A stretch of DNA of 57,379 bases from an uncultured Candidatus Saccharibacteria bacterium (GTDB lineage Bacteria; Patescibacteriota; Minisyncoccia; UBA6257; 2-01-FULL-56-20): positions 67,456-124,834 of the forward strand of contig CAYHZA010000001.1 in assembly GCA_964361095.1 (NCBI GenBank). Direction: 5' to 3'. The first letter of the stretch is position 1, and every line of letters starts with the position of its first letter. The translations under genes and the position numbers were made by a program. Under the pieces are notes generated by a model. It was not told the DNA's origin. It searched no databases and was given only the letters and a program-made list of their open reading frames with translations. Positions 51,452 to 57,379 of this stretch are shown piece after piece.

Positions 51452-51509
51452 GTGCTTGTGGGCGAAAGCCCCGTTCAGCTAAGGAGTTCCTAAGCTGAAG
51501 AGCAAGCAC
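51452..51509 (+). ncRNA. candidate small structured RNA (three-way junction)
   Basis: Outer stem gtgcttg/caagcac encloses hairpins gggc-GAAA-gccc and cagctta-aggagttcc-taagctg. Upstream TGTTATATT extended -10 at 51436-51444. A plus-strand terminator follows at 51518-51545. Confidence 0.35.
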
Positions 51510-51517
51510 AACAAAGC

Positions 51518-51545
51518 TACCGCCTAGTGAGCGGTATTTTTGTTT
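51518..51545 (+). terminator. rho-independent terminator
   Basis: Hairpin taccgc-ctagtga-gcggta followed by TTTTTGTTT. Confidence 0.65.
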
Positions 51546-52025
51546 CTATGCATCTTCAAGTCCTTCGGTGAAAAGTTTCTGTTTTTTGCCTGTCTTAAGA
51601 TGGGAATAAGGCATTACACTCCAAAAGTGGATATTTCCTTCGCCTACCTTTCTTAAAACAACCCTCACCTTTATCTCGTGTTTTACAAAAATAGCAATAA
51701 ATCCCCACCACTCAATCATCTTCATTGCTACCGAACCATCCCTTTTAGATTTTTCTCCAACAGGGCTTAAGAGTTTTCGATATTCTTGAAGTGTCGTAGC
51801 GGTCTTTATGATTTGCAAACCTAAGGGGAGGAGGGTGAATTTTAAGATTTGCTCGTTTTTATTCCTCTCCCTTCTTGCGGAGTATCTCAAATGGTGGAAG
51901 CCGTCAGAATTTAAGATTATGTCTTGCTTAAAAAAGGGACTAAAAATAGTCCTTTGGGAGTCATATATTTGCCTTGCTTTTTCTTTCTTCTGTTTAAAAT
52001 AACTATTATCAAAAACTTCTTCCAT
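51546..52025 (-). CDS. hypothetical protein
   Basis: 159-aa ORF with no recognisable motif. Confidence 0.5.
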   Translation of the reverse strand: MEEVFDNSYFKQKKEKARQIYDSQRTIFSPFFKQDIILNSDGFHHLRYSARRERNKNEQILKFTLLPLGLQIIKTATTLQEYRKLLSPVGEKSKRDGSVAMKMIEWWGFIAIFVKHEIKVRVVLRKVGEGNIHFWSVMPYSHLKTGKKQKLFTEGLEDA

Positions 52026-52112
52026 TACGAAAAAATAGCATCGTATCTTATATAAATCAAACTAAGATTTATCGTGAGTAGCGAGGTTCACGGGTTATCC
52101 CGTTCGAGGATA

Positions 52113-52643
52113 TTACTTCTTTCCCTTAGGTATCGCCTTATGAGCGAGAGTTTTTTCCTTTGCTACTTTTAGTGTTTGAGGAACAATTTTTGTCATTGGA
52201 GCGACAAAAGCTTGAGTGTCCGGTTTCGCGCTCACGAGTTCGAGGATACGATTCACCTTTGATTCAAGTAAATCAAGTTGTCTCTTCAGCGCATCGACTC
52301 CCTCGTTGTTTTGGGGTCTTGCATATTCAGATTGATATACGCGTTGAGGAACCGCATCTCTTTGGAAATCTGCGCGCGGACCATCGGCGCCATTAGAATT
52401 GCGCCCCGGTACGTGCCTTTGTTTGCCAAAACAGTCACGGCAATAAACCGGCTTATCGCCCGCAGGTCGAAAAGGAACTTGGCAATTCTTTTTGCAATCG
52501 GCACATACCGCAGAAAAAAGCTGCAAGGGTTTTCGTGATCTGTCACCCCCGTCTCTCCCGCCCTCAAACTTACCGCCAAATTTTGGGCGTCCACTCGAGT
52601 TGCCGTGCTCTTTTCGAAAGCCGCCTTTTTTGAAGTTACCCAT
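52113..52643 (-). CDS. basic CxxC-x17-CxxC zinc-ribbon protein with C-terminal coiled coil
   Basis: 176 aa. Gly/Arg/Lys-rich N-terminus, CADCKKNCQVPFRPAGDKPVYCRDC, then a heptad-like LKRQLDLLESKVNRILELV. Confidence 0.6.
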   Translation of the reverse strand: MGNFKKGGFRKEHGNSSGRPKFGGKFEGGRDGGDRSRKPLQLFSAVCADCKKNCQVPFRPAGDKPVYCRDCFGKQRHVPGRNSNGADGPRADFQRDAVPQRVYQSEYARPQNNEGVDALKRQLDLLESKVNRILELVSAKPDTQAFVAPMTKIVPQTLKVAKEKTLAHKAIPKGKK

Positions 52644-52755
52644 AGTAGGGTATTTATATTATAATTTTATTATCTTGTCAAATAGCCATGCATAGTTTTG
52701 TGCAAAAATAATTAGTGCTCTTCTCGGTGTTTTATAAACTATACTGAACGGTGAG

Positions 52756-52989
52756 ATGGGGTACAATTATGATACAAACATGAACACCACAAATCTCACA
52801 TCCGAAAAAAGAATAAAAATTGTGGCTGGAATCCTTGGGTTCGCGTTTTTGTTTCTCGTCTACCACATCGCGAGCGTAATGTCGGTAGCACCCGCTTTTT
52901 TTGACACAAAAATTGCCAGCGCTCCGAGAGAAGATCCAATGACAACCCTAAGTCTGATTGAATTCATGAAACATAGGCGTAGTAAGTAG
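52756..52989 (+). CDS. small membrane protein, paralog 2
   Basis: 77 aa (alternative start MNTTNL at 52780). Collinear with 51151..51360. Confidence 0.55.
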   Translation: MGYNYDTNMNTTNLTSEKRIKIVAGILGFAFLFLVYHIASVMSVAPAFFDTKIASAPREDPMTTLSLIEFMKHRRSK

Positions 52990-53075
52990 CAAGGCGGTGG
53001 GAAGCGTGAATTTCTATCAAAATTGGCGTAAGTTTGAATTATTATCTATTGGTTAAATATCGTATACTGTAATTA

Positions 53076-54092
53076 ATGAAGTTTCCCCGCTCAAAAAAAC
53101 TTATTTTTGTAAATAACAAAGGTGGGGTCGGTAAGACAACGCTGGCTTTTAATTGCGCTGTTTCGTTTGCTAAAGAGGGGTATAAAACCGCTCTTATTGA
53201 TTTGGACCCGCAATGCAATCTTTCTCGCCTTGCTATGGGTGAAGAATATTACGCAAAACACCTTTTCTCTGAAACGGAAAAGACTGTGTATGATATGTTG
53301 CGCGGCGTGATTGAGGGTGGCAGTGATATAAATCTTGCGGTGAGATTTCTTCCGGTTAAGGCCGATAAAAATCTTCTACTCCTGAAGGGCGATATAAATC
53401 TTTCTGTTTATGAAGGTTTGCTCTCAACTGCTTATGGGCAAGCGGCTTCTGGACAACCGATTGGATATTTTCAAACGAGTGCGATTGATCGATATCTGCG
53501 AGAAAAGGGGTTAAGTGAGCAGATAGATATTTTTATTATTGACACTTCGCCCTCTTTGGGATTATTGAATCAAATGATTTTGCTCGGAGCTGATTATTTC
53601 GTTGTACCGATGATGCCGGACGCTTTCAGTGTTCAAGGTATTGAAAATTTGGGGGTTGTGTACGAAAAATGGAAAATACAATGGCGAAATTCCGCCAAAG
53701 CGCTTGCGGGCAACACGGAAACAAAACTTGTGCTTCCGGGGGACCCTCTTTTTATTGGATATATTGTTAATGCATACAATGTGTACGGCAAGCAACCGAT
53801 TGCCGACCATCGCGCGTGGATGGAAAAGATTCCGGAGAGAGTGCGCACTTATCTTTCGGAAAAACATTGTCGGAATGGGCTTGTAGGGGAAAGTTGGAAA
53901 AATCCATTAAATATTATTCAAGATTACGGCAGAATTCCAGCTAAATGCCAAGAACTCGGAGTTGCAATTTTTGATCTTGATCCGGCGATGATAGCCGATA
54001 ACCAGCAAGGCACGAAAGAAAATATTGAGAAATCAAAAGAGGAATTTGCTATTCTTTCAGAAAATATCTTGAAAGTTCTTTCGGCATACTAG
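53076..54092 (+). CDS. ParA/MinD-family P-loop ATPase (long form)
   Basis: 338 aa with a deviant Walker A, NNKGGVGKTT, and a Walker B-like IFIIDTSPSLG. No ParB-like gene is adjacent. Confidence 0.75.
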   Translation: MKFPRSKKLIFVNNKGGVGKTTLAFNCAVSFAKEGYKTALIDLDPQCNLSRLAMGEEYYAKHLFSETEKTVYDMLRGVIEGGSDINLAVRFLPVKADKNLLLLKGDINLSVYEGLLSTAYGQAASGQPIGYFQTSAIDRYLREKGLSEQIDIFIIDTSPSLGLLNQMILLGADYFVVPMMPDAFSVQGIENLGVVYEKWKIQWRNSAKALAGNTETKLVLPGDPLFIGYIVNAYNVYGKQPIADHRAWMEKIPERVRTYLSEKHCRNGLVGESWKNPLNIIQDYGRIPAKCQELGVAIFDLDPAMIADNQQGTKENIEKSKEEFAILSENILKVLSAY

Positions 54093-54206
54093 ACTGGCCA
54101 ATATATACGAGAGAAGCTAGAAAAATGCCTATGAAGATATTAGATTTTTTTAGAAATAAAAAAGACCATTCTTGGTCAGCGAGTCCATATGGATGGACGA
54201 AAACTT

Positions 54207-54440
54207 TTAGAAGATCCAGCGAGCAATGACGATTGCCGCAATGACTCCCCACACGATTTGAACGAAGAGGACCGGCCAAGCCTTTTTCTTCATTGCGTGG
54301 TGAGCGAACAGCGCCGCTCCGGCAAGGTTGATTCCTTGATAGAGGATGCCTTCGCTCGACAAGATCTGAAACGAGACGAGGAAATAGCCCAGTAGGATGC
54401 AAATGCTTCCTACCCAACCAGTCACATCTTCAGTTTTCAT
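54207..54440 (-). CDS. small membrane protein (hypothetical)
   Basis: 77 aa with three hydrophobic segments. Confidence 0.45.
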   Translation of the reverse strand: MKTEDVTGWVGSICILLGYFLVSFQILSSEGILYQGINLAGAALFAHHAMKKKAWPVLFVQIVWGVIAAIVIARWIF

Positions 54441-54572
54441 GATTCACCTCCTTTTAGTATTATATATTATAACATAGATAATGTCAAGTATCTGTTTGCC
54501 CCGACCGAAACCGAGTCAAACCCCCTTATTTTGGAGCTTAATGAATATAATTAAATTTGTTATACTATACCT

Positions 54573-54800
54573 ATGAAAACATTTACTTGTAAAGAGATTA
54601 TGAATAATGAGGGAGGGTGCGATATGGAGTTTTCGGGAGACGATATGATGGATGTTGCTGGGCAGTGCGGTAAGCATGTTGCCGGCACGACTGACGAAGC
54701 GCATAAACCAATGCGGGATATGATGTCAAACCCTAATCACACTGAAGAAGAAAAGAAAAAGTGGTTTGCGTGGTTTCAAGGCCTGTGGGACGCGAAATAA
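54573..54800 (+). CDS. DUF1059-like small protein
   Basis: 75 aa starting MKTFTCKEIM...GCDMEF.GDD..., resembling the DUF1059 N-terminal pattern. Confidence 0.5.
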   Translation: MKTFTCKEIMNNEGGCDMEFSGDDMMDVAGQCGKHVAGTTDEAHKPMRDMMSNPNHTEEEKKKWFAWFQGLWDAK

Positions 54801-54898
54801 TCGAGGTGGTATAACAAGTACTCGGTAATTTAATCATCCCGAGGTGTTTCGAGCCGAGTAAGCAACATTAAAACAAGTTGTTTTTTTGTTATGCTATA

Positions 54899-56182
54899 AT
54901 GAATCCATATACTTTTAAAGAAGCTACATTACCTTTACATTACATGCGCGACGTAAATACGCTTAAAGTTCAGATCGAAAAACAGCTTTTGAAGCCGCTC
55001 GAAGATGTTTCGATCATCAATTTGGTTGATTTGTTCATTGAATACGCCTATACCGCCCGCGCGTCGGACATTCACATCGAGCCGGAGGCGCAAAAAATTC
55101 GCGTCCGTTTCAGGATAGACGGCGTGCTTCACAACATTTTCCAAAATATATCCGTTTCCCGCGATATCCAGCCCGAGATCGTGAGCCGCATCAAGGTGCT
55201 CTCCGGAATGCGCACTGACGAGCACAACATTCCCCAAGACGGGCGCTTCAAGGCAAAGATCGAGGGACAGGAAGGAGTGGATGTCCGCGTTTCTATCGTG
55301 CCGACATTCTACGGCGAGAACGTCATTATGCGCGTGCTCGCGGAGACCCAGACGTTTACGCTCGACGACCTTGGCTTCTCGGAGAAAGACCTGGAGCGCG
55401 TGAGGAAGGCGATTCGCAAGCCCTACGGGATGATCCTCGCGAACGGCCCAACCGGTTCCGGAAAAAGCACGACGCTTTACACGATCTTAAAAAAGTTGAA
55501 CAACTCCGACGTTTCTATTATTACGATCGAAGACCCTATTGAATATTCCTTGGAAGGCACGAACCAGATTCAGGTGAACGCGCAGGTGGGACTTACCTTT
55601 GCGAACGGTCTCCGCGCCATCTTGCGCCAAGACCCGAATATTATTATGGTCGGCGAAATTCGCGACTCGGAGACCGCCTCGATTGCCGTAAACGCGGCCT
55701 TGACCGGTCACCTCCTCCTCTCTACGCTTCACACGAACGACGCGGCGACTACGTTCCCTCGCCTCATTGATATGGGCATTCCGCCGTTTCTCGTCGCCTC
55801 GACGGTAAATGTCGTGATGGGTCAGCGCTTGGTGCGCATGGTCTGCCAGAAGTGCAAAGTGGAGCGGAAGCTCACGACCGAAGAGGCAAAAAGCGTTTTG
55901 GAAATTCTTCCCGATTTGAAGCCGCAAATTTCAAAGACTTTTTTTACGCCGAAGGGATGCAAGGTTTGCGATGGGACGGGGTATCAGGGGCGCATCGGCA
56001 TCCGCGAGGTGATGGATGTGGACGAAGAGATACGGAAACTTATTATGGATCGGGCAAACGCGAATCAAATTAAAGCATCGGCGGTAAAGAACGGCATGAA
56101 GACCATGTTGCAGGACGGCGTGCAAAAAGCGCTTGACGGGCTCACCACGCTCGAGGAGGTGGTCCGCATTATCCATGAGTAG
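54899..56182 (+). CDS. GspE/PilB-family type II/IV secretion (pilus assembly) ATPase, short form
   Basis: About 427 aa from ATG 54899. Walker A GPTGSGKST, Asp box, Walker B IIMVGEIRD, His box, tetracysteine CQKC...CKVCDGTG. Confidence 0.85.
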   Translation: MNPYTFKEATLPLHYMRDVNTLKVQIEKQLLKPLEDVSIINLVDLFIEYAYTARASDIHIEPEAQKIRVRFRIDGVLHNIFQNISVSRDIQPEIVSRIKVLSGMRTDEHNIPQDGRFKAKIEGQEGVDVRVSIVPTFYGENVIMRVLAETQTFTLDDLGFSEKDLERVRKAIRKPYGMILANGPTGSGKSTTLYTILKKLNNSDVSIITIEDPIEYSLEGTNQIQVNAQVGLTFANGLRAILRQDPNIIMVGEIRDSETASIAVNAALTGHLLLSTLHTNDAATTFPRLIDMGIPPFLVASTVNVVMGQRLVRMVCQKCKVERKLTTEEAKSVLEILPDLKPQISKTFFTPKGCKVCDGTGYQGRIGIREVMDVDEEIRKLIMDRANANQIKASAVKNGMKTMLQDGVQKALDGLTTLEEVVRIIHE

Positions 56183-57254
56183 AAAATTATCGGGGCTTTC
56201 ACGAGCGTTCAATCATCTGCCGATCCAGGAGGAGATTAATTTTTCCCGCCATCTTTCGATTATGATCAAGGCGGGACTCCCGATCTTTGAAGGATTGAAG
56301 ATCATCCGCAAGCAGACCGGTTCGCGGAAGCTCGCGAAAATCATAGACAAAGTAATTATTGAGGTCGCGAACGGACAGTCGCTCGCGGATGCCCTCGAAC
56401 AGCACGGAAGCATGTTCAGCGATTTTTTCGTGAACGTGATCCGTGTAGGGGAGTCGAGCGGATCGTTGGCGAGCAATCTTTTATATCTCTCCGAGGAGCT
56501 TAAAAAAAGCAAAGATTTGAAGGGCAAGATCCGTTCGGCGCTCATTTATCCGGCGGTCATTATGGTCGCAACAATAGGCATCGCGAGTATTTTGGTCTTC
56601 TACATTTTCCCGAAGATATTGCCGGTTTTTACGAGTTTGCGTATCAAGCTTCCGATAACGACGCAGATATTGATCGCGGTATCGCAATTTTTGACCGCGT
56701 ACTGGCCTTTCGTGCTTATCGGGGTGTTTGCCGCGGTGATTCTCACGCGTCTGCTTTTCCTCCTCGACGGATTCAAGTATTTTTTTCAGCACTTCTTGTT
56801 TTATGTTCCGGTCGTTTCGGGGCTTGTGATGAACATTAATATCGCGAACTTTTCCCGCGTGATGGGAGTGCTCCTGAAGAGCGGCATCCGCATCGTGGAG
56901 GCCTTGAATATCACGAGCAAAACCTTCAATAACCTCGTCTACCGAAGCGTAATCGTAGAATCCGCCGAAAAGATAAAAAAGGGAGAGCAGTTGGGACCCT
57001 CGCTCGGAAGGCACAAAGAATATTTCCCGCCGCTCTTTAATAGCTTAATCGAGATCGGCGAGAACACCGGAAATTTACAGGAGAATCTCTTTTATCTTTC
57101 GGATTACTATACCGACGAGCTCGATACCTCGGTGCGCAATCTGACGACGCTGATTGAGCCGTTGCTCCTCCTTATTATGGGACTTGTTGTCGGCTTTATC
57201 GCTCTTTCGATCATCACCCCGATCTATCAGGTGAGTTCCGGAATCCAGGGATAA
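56175..57254 (+). CDS. GspF/PilC-family platform protein
   Basis: About 359 aa from ATG 56175, overlapping the PilB stop by 8 nt. Two GspF-type repeats (FSRHLS.MIKAGLPI..., ...FSRVMGVLLKSGIRI...) and three TM segments. Confidence 0.85.
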   Translation: MSRKLSGLSRAFNHLPIQEEINFSRHLSIMIKAGLPIFEGLKIIRKQTGSRKLAKIIDKVIIEVANGQSLADALEQHGSMFSDFFVNVIRVGESSGSLASNLLYLSEELKKSKDLKGKIRSALIYPAVIMVATIGIASILVFYIFPKILPVFTSLRIKLPITTQILIAVSQFLTAYWPFVLIGVFAAVILTRLLFLLDGFKYFFQHFLFYVPVVSGLVMNINIANFSRVMGVLLKSGIRIVEALNITSKTFNNLVYRSVIVESAEKIKKGEQLGPSLGRHKEYFPPLFNSLIEIGENTGNLQENLFYLSDYYTDELDTSVRNLTTLIEPLLLLIMGLVVGFIALSIITPIYQVSSGIQG

Positions 57255-57310
57255 AGACCATAGGGTTATCCAAGCCATGCGAAGATTATTTTTTAATGGA
57301 ATGCGAAACG

Positions 57311-57379
57311 GGCCGACGTGCGAAGGCAAAGGAGGTACTGAGTACACCAGTGCGAATGTGCCGACGTGCGAAGGCAAAG
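57311..57379. repeat. reverse-complement copy of the 48-bp interspersed element (runs off the window end)
   Basis: The reverse complement reads CTTTGCCTTCGCACGTCGGCACATTCGCACTGGTGTACTCAGTACCTCCTTTGCCTTCGCACGTCGGC. Confidence 0.75.

Noticed and set aside
52160-52594. Overlapping ORFs at 52160-52396 (+), 52278-52538 (+) and 52286-52594 (-) inside the zinc-ribbon gene
   Set aside because: These are alternative frames of 52113..52643. Only the listed frame carries the CxxC...CxxC ribbon and a coiled-coil heptad pattern.
54878-54898. Earlier start (TTG 54878) for the PilB-like gene, and a TATAAT directly abutting ATG 54899
   Set aside because: The seven extra codons (MFFCYAI) add nothing family-like. 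The TATAAT at 54893-54898 is too close to serve as the -10 for this ATG, so I did not call a promoter there.

Overview
This 57.4-kb bacterial window has small genes, many 4-bp ATGA gene overlaps, TraD/VirD4-like ATPases, a split ComEC and PilB/PilC. From this I infer, but cannot prove, a Patescibacteria/CPR-like (Parcubacteria-type) genome. I found about 60 protein genes and one tRNA (Gln-CUG). I found no rRNA, CRISPR array, transposase or integrase.

Layout:
(1) 0-20.8 kb is one co-directional plus-strand block. It starts with a TraD-like ATPase. Next comes an 11.3-kb tandem array of six diverged paralogs (1791-13128) of an uncharacterised 550-600 aa cysteine-rich multi-zinc-ribbon protein. 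The array is interrupted only by a YwbE-like gene and a RelE/ParE toxin-antitoxin pair. After it come cutA, pepA, a second TraD-like ATPase, trmD and a split ComEC.
(2) 20.8-38.4 kb holds mixed housekeeping and envelope genes: msrA, DoxX, a P-type ATPase, a VanY-like peptidase, a desaturase, a secreted EEP nuclease, GIY-YIG, a UvrD-type helicase-nuclease, a repeat protein, a SET-domain protein, greA, a flavoprotein and a GH18 enzyme.
(3) About 38.4-50.4 kb is an accessory, defence-type island. It contains toxin-antitoxin genes bracketed by about 49-bp direct repeats and the tRNA-Gln locus with broken tRNA-like pieces. It then becomes a mosaic of cassettes, each preceded by a near-identical promoter/leader. 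The cargo is a peptidase S51, a NYN RNase, a GHKL ATPase plus a STAS-like partner, a truncated NYN copy, a duplicated small membrane protein, a fused type IIG/ISP-like restriction-modification enzyme, a truncated PHP-domain gene and a DDxxD-motif orphan.
(4) 50.4-57.4 kb holds an ArsR-type regulator flanked by twin long palindromes, paralogous small membrane proteins, a candidate sRNA, an orphan ParA, and PilB/PilC.

The best novelty candidates are the six-gene Cys-rich paralog array, including its remodelled 5' ends, and the NYN / GHKL-ATPase / STAS-like module inside the promoter-cassette mosaic. All family calls come from motif recognition by eye. No database search was run.
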